Positions 47,614 through 57,753 of a DNA stretch of 64,000 nucleotides are shown one piece after another (the stretch's first letter is position 1; each line of letters begins with the position of its first letter). This DNA comes from Fistulifera solaris. Taxonomy: Eukaryota. The stretch covers positions 124,001-188,000 of the forward strand of contig AP026131.1 in assembly GCA_030295235.1 (NCBI GenBank), given 5' to 3'. The notes under the pieces are model-generated. The model had not been told where the DNA came from. It saw nothing but the letters and a program-made list of their open reading frames with translations, and made no database searches. The position numbers and the translations under genes are program-made.

Positions 47614-48871
47614 CTAGAAGTTTCCCCTGGTTAGGCGAAAAAGATCGTCTTGTCTCTGCTTCTCTCTCAGTAATTGTAACTGCAGAGCCTGTAAGGTCAG
47701 CGGCCGTCCAAGCTGATCATATCGTGATACCATGGATCCCAGTCTTTGTTGTCGAATAAACGGCGATACTAGTGATGGATTAATGTTTGGCAAACTGGTA
47801 GCGTACGAGGGTAACAGGTCTGAAGCGTGAGACAGACTTGGCTGCATCGCGAAATCAAGCAATGAACGCCGTTCTGTTAGTTCTCTCGCAATTTGTATGT
47901 TTTGTTGTTGGATCAGTTGTTGCTGCTGCAGGATATTGTGGCGAACTAGAAGTTCGGAGAGAGATGGTTGAGTGATTTGTGCATCAGTGCCTATGAACCT
48001 AGTTGTTTCAGTCCTGGGTGCAGTAAATCCGCTTCCAAGATATTGTGCTGGTATCTCAATATTTCGGTTCGGTAAATTCAAGCTATGCACATTGAGGTCA
48101 GTCATTGCAGCAGAATTCAGTTGCTGATCCAAGATAAAGACTTCCGATGAGGGCATTCCAGCGCTCTCAATCGGAAGATTTCCTCCCCGAGAAGAATCCT
48201 TGGGGCTAGTGTCTGAAACGGAATAGATCCCAGATTTAGCATCCGCCTCTGGTTTCCTTAACAATTCGCTCTTTTTCGCTGGCGGTGACTTTAGCTTTCT
48301 CTCGCCTCTTATCTGTGTGATAAGCTCTGGCTGCCCGCGAAGGAAAAAGTCGTGATAATATACGTGTGTGCCGGGAGGCATACCATCGTCTGCCACTCGT
48401 GAAAACCCGTGCCGTGTTAGTCTACGGGCAAAACTATCAAACTTGGCGCCCTGAAATTCTTTGTCCAAAACTTGAGACTGAAAGTTCTTTGGGTAAATGC
48501 ATATAGCAGTTCCTGCTTCGTTCCACCAGATGACATTCTGATTTTGAGGATTCTCGATGATATCATGTACTTTCTCTGGGAAAGTTCTCCCTGCGGCTCT
48601 TTTACGAGGGCTTCTTTGAGAAGTGTTGAGTGACTCCTTCACGTGTGAGGCTTCACTTCCCTCAATTCTCGAAGAAGGCTTGCTCTTTATGGACGCCACG
48701 CTCTCCGTCAATGAACTTTTTGGACGGCTTCTCCGCGACTTCTTGGAAAGATTTTGCTCTGAGAGGTCAGGCAGATTAAGAATCCCCGTAGTATCAACGG
48801 TCGACAGCTAGAGAAGGGAACCTACCGTTTCGTGCTCCTTGTTCGTTATTGAATCGTAAACCAGATTCCAT
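47614..48871 (-). CDS. Heat-shock-factor-type transcription factor; intron 48759-48825
   Basis: HSF DNA-binding domain FPEKVHDII..VIWWNEAG..KFDSFARRLTRHGFSRV..YYHDFFLRGQPELI and a Gln-rich tail. A GT-AG intron links ATG 48871 in frame. Confidence 0.85.
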
Positions 48872-49239
48872 GTCCGGCCTATCTGCTCTTTGCTTTAAAT
48901 AATTGGAGGTAGGAACACTTTAAAGCAATGTATGTTTCTAAGCTATTAATTCATAGCTGATTTTTGCTTCTCTTATTTCGTAGCAACGAAGAGGAAGACG
49001 AGCTTTCAGAGTTGAGATCCTCGAGCATTCAGAGTGTTTTCAGTGCAATTTTGCAAGATACAATCGTACATTGTTGAATTATCAACGAGAATGACCGGGC
49101 TTAATGGTCATTAGAAATGAGTCATGACGGCCGAATTTAGACGGCAAGGGCAATATTGTCATTAGTTTCTCGCCTATACTCGCATAGCTAGATACTATAG
49201 AGTTAATTGTACATTTTTGTCTGACATGACGCATCAGCG

Positions 49240-50590
49240 AATAGCAATAAACAATAAACATTTTTTACGTTTCGCTGCAATAAATCAGAGAGGTATAAAG
49301 TATAAATGAGTTGTAGCTATTAGCTATAGGGCCATAGGGCCACAGATTAAGAACTTTCGGACTCGGGACTCGGCACTCCGGCCCTCGACGTTAAGTTAAG
49401 TCGTGAGACTGACAAAGAACTGTTCACAGAATACCGTACCATTACGTAAAAACGTACCAGGTAGGGGGGTACGTATGGGGTATCGGGTATTGCGTAGGAA
49501 GTAGAACAGTAGAAAGCATTAAAACTAAACAGCATAAAGGTACAAGCTAATCCGCACAAGCTACGGACGACGGAGTAACTGGTGCACAAGTAGAAATGTA
49601 GGAGCAAGAGATAAGAATAAGAGGGACGAGCTTGAGGCAAGGTCCACGTCTGGTGACTGGTGACTGACACCACATAACCATCCTCGCTTTCACTCTCCAT
49701 TTTACTCTAGCGCCTTCATCCAGTATCCAGTCTCATTAGTAGGTTCTACATGACACTTTACCATCTAGATTCAAGAGTCTAGCTTCGCTAAAGAGAAGCT
49801 GAAGCCCGGCTTGCTCATCTCTTACGCTGGTGTTGACGTTGACGACAGACGGCCAACTCATTTGTCAATCTTGTTGATCTCATCATCTCGTCCAGATCTC
49901 GTTTCTCGTCTCTCGTCTGCAGTCTGCAGTCCGCAGTACAAGTACAGTCTTCAAATGTCGAGTAATGTCAAATCATTATTTCGTATTTGTTTCTTGTCTC
50001 TTGTCCTCGTCCCTCGTCCGCGAACGGCGAACCTCGAACCGCGAGTTGGCCAGATACTGTGGCTGACGACTCATAGATTAGTAGGTCTGGGTAAAATTGT
50101 ACTGAAAAGAGCAATAGGCAATAGGTCAATGGGAAATGGATAGTAGATAGTACTCCGTATCTCTTATCACGGATCGCGGCTGTGGGCTGGGGCTGTGGGG
50201 CTCTGGGGAATTTGGGGAATGGGAATGGGGCAATGGGGAGATCTTGTGGAAAAAGCGAAAATCATACTCTGTACTCCGTAATGATTATTTATGATTGACT
50301 TGCGCGCGCTACGTCTTCCTGAAACATACTGTCTCTGGCTAGGTCGACTACGACCCCACAACAAAATGATTTTAGGTTGCTGTTTGCTGTTGCAACAAAT
50401 CATTTACCATCCCATGGTACAGTACCAGGTACTTGTATCGTCTATCGTCGATCTGTCAATCTGACCTTAGTAAACAATAAAGCAACTTGGGGGCTCGTGG
50501 CTCGTGGCTGGTTCGACCGTCACTACTACGAAAATACGAAGTAGATCTACTCTAGGGGGTGCGAAATAATACGGAATACGGAGTATCCTG
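49240..50590. repeat. Intergenic tract of dense, unrelated 7-bp (some 6- and 8-bp) tandem micro-duplications
   Basis: CAATAAA x2 (49244), GTATAAA x2 (49293), TAGCTAT x2 (49314), TGGTGAC x2 (49651), ATCCAGT x2 (49718), TCTCGTC x2 (49904), CCTCGTC x2 (50005), GCAATAG x2 (50111), TATCGTC x2 (50436), GGCTCGT x2 (50492), AATACGG x2 (50568). Confidence 0.9.
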
Positions 50591-50805
50591 GAGTGAGTAG
50601 TCATGATAATCATCTTTCTCGTGACTAAATCCAGTCATGTGTAGATGTTAACGCGTTTTTGTTTTTTGTTACTCTCTGTTTACAATCCAGTAATAATAGT
50701 CTACCAGGTAATTGCTTGATCATCATCGCTTTATCATAAAAAATTGGGTGCCTCGCAACGCATCTTCATCAAGTCAACGTCCCACTTAAAGAATAGTTTT
50801 AGAGT

Positions 50806-51852
50806 ATGGCAATGAATACCCGAAAGGTTGCTCTGATGTCGTCGCTGATACACTTTTGCTCCGCTGACTGGTGTGACTTTAGGATTTCGGCGTTTCATAA
50901 ACGTTCTTCCCAAGGTGCATTGGATTCAATGCAAAATAATCTATTTTTTCGTGGTGGACACCATCAGGACGATAGCACAGAACGAAAATACGGACGAGTA
51001 TCTCAAAACGAATACATATTGACACCCGATCAAATTGAAGCATTTCACAGAGATGGATGTATCACATTAGAACACGTCTTGACCGAGGAAGAAGTAGAAC
51101 CACTGTGTTCGATGTTTGATCAATTTGTTAATGGAGATATACCCGTGCCGGGAAAAGACTTTTGTGACATGTCACAACCGTTTGGAACTCCGTATGATGA
51201 GTGGAATTTAGTCAATTGTATGCTGCCGTCACGGTATTACCCGCCGCTGCAAAACAACATTTACGAGCGCATCACCAATCATATTGCCGCGCAGCTATTT
51301 CACAATCACAATCATACGATGGTCAAAGATTATGATCAGTTACTCAACAAACGACCCAATCGAACGGCAGCTGTGTTTGCGTGGCACCAGGACATGGCCT
51401 ACTGGCCCGGTGTCGAAGCATTGCACATGAATGTCAATACAACGGCGACCTGTACCTTTTCGCTGGCGTTGGATGATTCGGACGAGGAGAATGGATGTCT
51501 CCGGTATGTGGCGGGCTCGGGCGCTGCCAAAACACTTCGCCCTCATCGTCCTCTCAATCAAAATCGAGAGGAAGGTCATGCTCTCATCACAGATGTCCGT
51601 GACGATGAACCGATACGACTGGCACCGGCTCGAAAAGGGAGTATCACGGTTCACGATGAATATGTCGTCCATGGTTCTGGTGGCAACAACAGTCCTCATC
51701 GTCAACGACGAACGTATGTTCTCGCATATCGAGCCCATGAAATTGTGGAAGCCGAACGGAAAATCGGTTTTACTCATTCGCACAACGATCAAGTCAATTG
51801 GGATACTTTCGAAGATGGTGCATCGCATCGCAGTCCGCAACAAACAACATAA
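50806..51852 (+). CDS. PhyH-family Fe(II)/2-oxoglutarate dioxygenase
   Basis: LTPDQIEAFHRDG, WHQDMAYW (HxD), ALDDSDEENGCLRYVAGS, VVHGSGGN..RRTY. Confidence 0.9.
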   Translation: MAMNTRKVALMSSLIHFCSADWCDFRISAFHKRSSQGALDSMQNNLFFRGGHHQDDSTERKYGRVSQNEYILTPDQIEAFHRDGCITLEHVLTEEEVEPLCSMFDQFVNGDIPVPGKDFCDMSQPFGTPYDEWNLVNCMLPSRYYPPLQNNIYERITNHIAAQLFHNHNHTMVKDYDQLLNKRPNRTAAVFAWHQDMAYWPGVEALHMNVNTTATCTFSLALDDSDEENGCLRYVAGSGAAKTLRPHRPLNQNREEGHALITDVRDDEPIRLAPARKGSITVHDEYVVHGSGGNNSPHRQRRTYVLAYRAHEIVEAERKIGFTHSHNDQVNWDTFEDGASHRSPQQTT

Positions 51853-51924
51853 AATCTCAAAAAAGAGTAGCTAAGTGTCAATAACTTCACTATTCGACAT
51901 AGTAGGAGGAACGACATGCATGTA

Positions 51925-53715
51925 TTAAACATTAACAGATTGATTCTTGTTGTCCATTTGCTCCAAAAAAGCATCGCTTCCAATTTCCACTAATTTCGCA
52001 CTGGCTTCGTCAACTTTTTCCTTCATTGCTGTTTGATATTCTTCCATCTGCTGCAACAATGCTGGACGGCTGGCTGCCAGCATTCGAACGGCCAGCAAGC
52101 CGGCATTCATTGCGTTTCCAATCGCCACTGTAGCAACGGGAATACCGCGAGGCATTTGCACAATACTATACAGGGAGTCCACGCCACTCAATGTGGACGT
52201 CTTGACGGGAACGCCCACGACAGGAAGTGCCGTCATGGACGCCACCATGCCGGGTAGATGGGCAGCTCCGCCGGCACCAGCAATTATGACCTGAAGTCCG
52301 CGACGAGCGGCGGAGCGACTGTATTGCATTAACTTGTCAGGCGTTCGGTGCGCCGATACAATGTCGACTTCGTAAGGTATCTTAAACTCTTTTAGAATCT
52401 GAATGGCGTCATTCATAGTCGGCAAATCACTGTGAGATCCCATGATAACTCCCACCAGAGCTGGTTCCTTTGTCATGAGAGGTCCAGGAAGCAAGTCCGT
52501 GGGAATTCGTTCGAGCGCGAGAAGCTTCTCGAGAGCAATGTCGATCTGAGACTGCGAATCCCCAATCACATTAATATGACCCATTTTGCGTCCGGAACGG
52601 CAGGCCGCCTTACCGTACCAGTGAACAGCAGCTCCAGCCATTTCCATGGCAGCATTCGAACTGGCGAGGGTCTCTTCCATAGACGAAGCCCCTAGCACAT
52701 TGACCATGGCGGCAGCTGGCACCGTCATATCGGTACTTCCCAACGGCAAGCCACAAATCGCGCGGAGATGATTCTCGAATTGATTGCAGGCACAGGCATC
52801 TTGTGTGTAATGGCCTGTGTTATGCGGACGGGGTGCTACTTCGTTCAATAAGACGTCATCACTGTTCGTAACAAACATTTCGACACCAAAAACTCCACTC
52901 GCGCCCGCTCCCAACGAATCAATGGCTTTTTGTGCTAATATTTCAGCTTTGTGCCGAACTTGAGCGGATATATTACGAGCCGGTACAAGAACTACGCGGC
53001 ATATTGAATCTTGCTGAATCGCATTGACTGCTGGGTATGATTTGGTCGTAACAAAAGGAACTTGTGGGTCACCAGCACGACTGGATCGAACCACCATGAC
53101 TGCGACTTCGCATTTGAAGTCAATCCATCCTTCGGCGTACAAATCCAAAGCGGTGGATGCATCCGATTTTGTGATTCCCAGTTGTTTCAATGCCTCTTCA
53201 ATTGCTTCTAATGTATTTTCTTTCAACACCGCATTTCCTTTTCCATCGTATCCCCCACGACGTGATTTCAACATCAAGGGCAATCCCAGTTCGACTGCCG
53301 CATTTTGCACAGCGGCAATGGATGGTGTTTCACGAAAAGGCGGTACAACAATGTCATGATTGATAAAGTGCTGCTTCTGTAAGAACTTGTCGCGAATGAT
53401 CCCGAGAACCCGGGCCGAAGGCTGTACATTACAACCGGATGCTTCCAATTCGACGAGTGCCTCGACATTGACGTGTTCGATTTCGACGGTAATAACGTCG
53501 GCGTTTTTCGCAATTTCATGAATTTTCGCCGCGTCTTGCAACGATCCTTCGATGACGCGTGCGGTTGTTTGCGCCGCGGGGCTATTGAGGCCCAATGAAT
53601 CCAAAAATGTCATTTCCAGATTGAGACGCGGCGCTTCGAGATTCATCATGCGTCCCAATTGACCTCCTCCGACGCACGCGACGCGCAGTGGTTGATCTCC
53701 GACGATGAGTGACAT
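51925..53715 (-). CDS. ADE2: Phosphoribosylaminoimidazole carboxylase (PurK-PurE fusion)
   Basis: GGGQLGRMM, GYDGKGN, NEVAPRPHNTGH, GRKMGHI, VIMGSHSDL, SAHRTP, AGAGGAAHLPGMVA, VQMPRGIPVATV. Confidence 0.97.
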   Translation of the reverse strand: MSLIVGDQPLRVACVGGGQLGRMMNLEAPRLNLEMTFLDSLGLNSPAAQTTARVIEGSLQDAAKIHEIAKNADVITVEIEHVNVEALVELEASGCNVQPSARVLGIIRDKFLQKQHFINHDIVVPPFRETPSIAAVQNAAVELGLPLMLKSRRGGYDGKGNAVLKENTLEAIEEALKQLGITKSDASTALDLYAEGWIDFKCEVAVMVVRSSRAGDPQVPFVTTKSYPAVNAIQQDSICRVVLVPARNISAQVRHKAEILAQKAIDSLGAGASGVFGVEMFVTNSDDVLLNEVAPRPHNTGHYTQDACACNQFENHLRAICGLPLGSTDMTVPAAAMVNVLGASSMEETLASSNAAMEMAGAAVHWYGKAACRSGRKMGHINVIGDSQSQIDIALEKLLALERIPTDLLPGPLMTKEPALVGVIMGSHSDLPTMNDAIQILKEFKIPYEVDIVSAHRTPDKLMQYSRSAARRGLQVIIAGAGGAAHLPGMVASMTALPVVGVPVKTSTLSGVDSLYSIVQMPRGIPVATVAIGNAMNAGLLAVRMLAASRPALLQQMEEYQTAMKEKVDEASAKLVEIGSDAFLEQMDNKNQSVNV

Positions 53716-54202
53716 TATAACTTAAGCAATGAGAATACAGGAGATATCGATCGAAAAACAAGCCAGTAAATGCATTAACAATCGAGAAGAATTTCGATCC
53801 GGTTGTCTTTTTGTGCGAGGGATTTTTGCGGCTCATTTTCGTTTTTGAATGGTTTGGATGAGACCCGACAGACGGCCACGTCAATAAATGTCGCACCAGC
53901 ACTTTTTACTATCGAAGGACAAATTGAACACGTTTTCATTCTTCGCGTGTAGGACAGACAATGATGCAGAAAGGTACAATGAGTAATAACAGGTTACCAG
54001 TATGCTCGATTTTGAAGATCTTTCGCCGCTGTTCCTTTCGAACAAGAACTTGTTGCTTGTTGTTGCTTGTCGTGTCAATCCTTGATTTGTAATAGCAGCA
54101 AAAGCACGAGACAAAGCAGTTAAATTCAGTCCTTGATCGAACAGAATTGTGCGTTTGTTCTTTGGCTACAAGTTGACATTGAAAAAAGACCGCAAAGAAA
54201 AA

Positions 54203-54754
54203 ATGACTGCTCCTTCTATGGCCTACGCCATGGGCGCCCGCTGGTTTCACTGGATGACAGCGGTCCCATTGATTGGATGTGTCGGAACTGTTCTGAAAGC
54301 GCAACAAGCACCGAAAGAAGACAAAGGAAAGTGGATGTTTCGTCACAAGTCGCTCGGACTTCTCACGGGCATGATTGTTGCTCCTCGCGTGGCGTATCGT
54401 ATCATGGGAAGATCCGGATACAATGTCATTGGGCTCCCGGGCACATCTAGTACTGAAAGTGTACTAGCGAAAGCAGGACACGCCTTCTTGTATGTCTTTA
54501 TGACAGTCATGCCGGCGACCGGCATCGCCATGGGACTCTACGGAGGCAAGGGCCTTCCCTTCTTCTGGACGACGTTTGCCGGCTTCGAGCAGACCAATGG
54601 CACCATCGCAAAGAATACCTTTCAGATTCACAAGCAGTTGGGTGTGTATGGGAAGTATATGATCCCAGTGCATGCCGGAGCTGCGGTGATGCACGCAACC
54701 CGTGGGCAAGCCATCTTTGCTCGCATGAATCCCTTTCGTGCTGCTCGTGGATGA
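54203..54754 (+). CDS. Prokaryote-type cytochrome b561 (CybB/YceJ family)
   Basis: YxxxARWFHW, FRHKSLG, HxxLYxxMxxMPxTG, IHKQLG, VHAGAAVMH; four TM helices; no intron. Confidence 0.88.
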   Translation: MTAPSMAYAMGARWFHWMTAVPLIGCVGTVLKAQQAPKEDKGKWMFRHKSLGLLTGMIVAPRVAYRIMGRSGYNVIGLPGTSSTESVLAKAGHAFLYVFMTVMPATGIAMGLYGGKGLPFFWTTFAGFEQTNGTIAKNTFQIHKQLGVYGKYMIPVHAGAAVMHATRGQAIFARMNPFRAARG

Positions 54755-54998
54755 AAGCGATTTGCTTTCGGTTAAAAAATATATCTTATGATAAGCTTAT
54801 TTATTTTGTGTTTAAGAACTGAAATGGTTTGTTTCTTATTGGATGACCCATTTGACATCGTCTTCTTCAATATCAGCTGCTCAGCCGCGGAGACTTATAC
54901 ACAACCTCTCAGAAGAGACATCAAGCAAAATTAAAAATTAATCAACTAATTAGTCTAGAGAGTAGCAAAAGAATTTTCAATTATTAGTACTCGATGTG

Positions 54999-55462
54999 TT
55001 ACTTTTTCTTGATTTGCATCAAGGCTTTATGTCGGTTCTCAAATGTATTGGCGGGTTTCGCATCATGTTTCGCTTGATAATATTCTTCAATTCGTTCATC
55101 CATTCCTACTAACTTCTGTTCAATCTTTTTGGCTCGTTCTTCTCGATTGCGCTGGTGTCGAGGCAGTTTCGGCGGTCGAATGGAGGGAAAGCGGCCTTTG
55201 CTGGTCCCTAACATTTCTAAATCCCAAGAAGGATCCCAGCCGCCCTTATCAGCAACGAATGTTCCAAAAGATCCATTTTGTATCGCCTCTTTGCGTAACG
55301 CAGCAGCTTTGCGTCGAGATACCATGGGAGGAATCCAGACTTTTTGTTCTCTACCATTCGCATCGAAGGTTTCAGGGCGTCCCCTCCGTGTTGCGATAAC
55401 TTTTTCAAAGCCGAAGGGAATCGCGTGGTGCTGGTCGAAAAGGCTCTTGAAAACGAGTTCAT
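54999..55462 (-). CDS. Probable mitochondrial ribosomal protein mL59 (yeast MRPL25-like); frameshift ~55340
   Basis: Presequence-like MNSFSRAFSTSTTRF joined through an A-run to WIPPMVSRRKAAALRK..PKLPRHQRNREERAKKIEQKLVGMDERIEEY. Confidence 0.7.
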
Positions 55463-56010
55463 GTTGTTGATTGTAGAAAGAAAAAGGGGCGATCGAGAGA
55501 GTAATAAAATACTGAGTATAATGATAGGTTTTGCGTAACGTTTTTTTTGTGATGCAATACAAAAGTACCAGTAACCATCTACGGCATCTCGTATCCCGTG
55601 TCATGAAGACGTACTGACGATCAGACGAAGTCTCTCATTTCTAACTTTTTTTATGGATCAGGGATCAGGTTTTAAATCATCGGAGATAGTATATGTACTG
55701 TCAGCATTGAGTACCCAGGGATACTTTGCCAACAGCCAATACTACTATCTATAAGATACATGGGGTCGGCTCGTGCTCCTTCCTCTACTTAAAAGTATCT
55801 TTCTATTGCTTCTTTTCCAAGTAAAGCAATTTTTCTAGATAGGTTGGAGCGCCGGCAGGGCGATCTTCGTGCGGCCATCGCAAAAAGTGGTCAACGAACA
55901 TCGCTCTTTCACTTTTTTCTCTCATCAGTCGCGTTGTTCTGAAACGAATAACTTACTTGTCAGTTTTGCTTGAAAGAGACTAACAACCGCTCCAGACGAC
56001 CAAATCTACA

Positions 56011-57672
56011 ATGAGATTAAAGCTAGGAGTCATTCTTGGCTGCTTGGGTTTCGCCCATGGCAGTTCTTTCGCGCAAGATGTCGTGCGTCCTTCTTTGCGA
56101 AATGGCAGAGCTCAACAACAGCAAATGGCTATCGAAAACGAACTTCTGGCTCGCGCTATCCCAATGACCGAGTACAGGAAACTTCTAGAAGATCACGGTC
56201 TATCCATGCCTTCTCGAGAGTTGCAAGACCAAAACAATAATCAGCAAATGTACAGCTTCAGTGGGTATGCCATCAAATATGCCACCTGTCAACCCGTTCA
56301 GTACTTTTCAGAAGATGTCATTCGCGCTGGAGAACACTCGCCGATGCTCACTCAAGATATCGTGGTTCTTCGATTGTGTCCTAGTAATGTATGCTCTTCG
56401 AACAGTCGGTACGGATGTCACTACAACTTTGCTGAATATGCCTTGACCTTGTCCGACTATCTGGAAGTCATGTTGCAGTTCCGTGGCTATCAGAGAGAAA
56501 ACGTATGCGCCTGGTGCGAGCAATGCGCTGAGGATGGATACAATTTAAATCAAAACGGAAATAGACGTCGTTTGGAAGACAACGGAGTACAAGATAATAA
56601 CGCTCAAGAAAACAACAACGTCGACCAGCAACAGGAACAAGCAAACCAAAACAATGAAGCAAACCAGGAGAATAATGCCAATCAGGAGAACAATGCTAAC
56701 GCTGAGCAAGGAAACAACGACAATCAGGAGGACAATAATGCGGAGCAGGCGAATAACGGAAACCAAAACAACAATGCTAATCGGGCCGACAACGAGAACC
56801 AGAGCGGCGCCGAGGGATGTGGCAAGTACTTCGATACGTACTGCTCCGATTACGCGAGTGAATGTGTCAACAATAATCAAGACGGAGGAAATGAAGACTC
56901 GTCGTATGTGAACTATAACTTGTATCTGGGATACCTCGCCTGTACTGAGGCAGCATACAACGGGTATGGATATTATGTACGCCCAACATGTGATGGAAAA
57001 GAGAAAACAATCAGGATGGCTGTCTATTACGACCAATACTGTTCCCGAGTGGCGGAAGGAGTGAATATCAAAAGTCTGGGCTTGGGCTTTCATCAAAACG
57101 CTTTCCAAGAATTCTACTCGCCGGATTGCATTGATTGCTCCGAAAGCGTAAGTCTGTAACACGAATCTCTTCTTGCATTAACTACAATTTGTCTTGCTCA
57201 CGAGACCTTTCAACAGCAATACCCTCCTTACTTCGACACCGGAAGTGCTTTTTGCAACAACTTACACTCCGCTAGTGCAAAATGCACCGGGGATTTGATG
57301 TACGATTTGTTTGATGGGGAGGTGGATCAATCATCCGAGTGCACATTCATCGAGAGCATACGTTTTGGAGCGTACGATTCTTCCGGTTCACTCAGCACGT
57401 CCCACAATGGCAACGTTTGGAACGCGGAAGCTTCTAATATGCAAAACATTATGGTGGTCATCTCCCTTGGTATGGTGGTCTTTTTTATTATTTATGCCTG
57501 TTATTTGCATCATGCAATGACAAACCTCTTGATCAAGTCTTTAAGTCATCGAGAATTACTTCCTGCTAGTCGACAGCAACGCCGTCGCCAAACAGGCGAC
57601 AACAGTGTTGTAACTGGCAAACGTCGTCCAAGCGAGGATCTTGACGACGGCTTGTCCACTGGCTCGTTTTAA
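56011..57672 (+). CDS. Silicanin-like type-I membrane protein (diatom silica-deposition-vesicle family); intron 57148-57216
   Basis: Signal peptide, RXL motifs (SREL, RRRL), N/Q-rich region, 18 luminal Cys after splicing, one TM (IMVVISLGMVVFFIIYACYL) and a short cytosolic tail. Confidence 0.8.
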
Positions 57673-57753
57673 AAGTAATGTTTTTTAGTCGTGTATTTTT
57701 CGAATGATCTCTTAAGATTACTTTAGCTGTGCATTTTATAATCAAGCACAAAT

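Noticed and set aside
47415..49472. GGTAGGGGG(G)TAC on both sides of the HSF gene as element termini
   Set aside because: A short low-complexity direct match with no TIRs, TSD or transposase.
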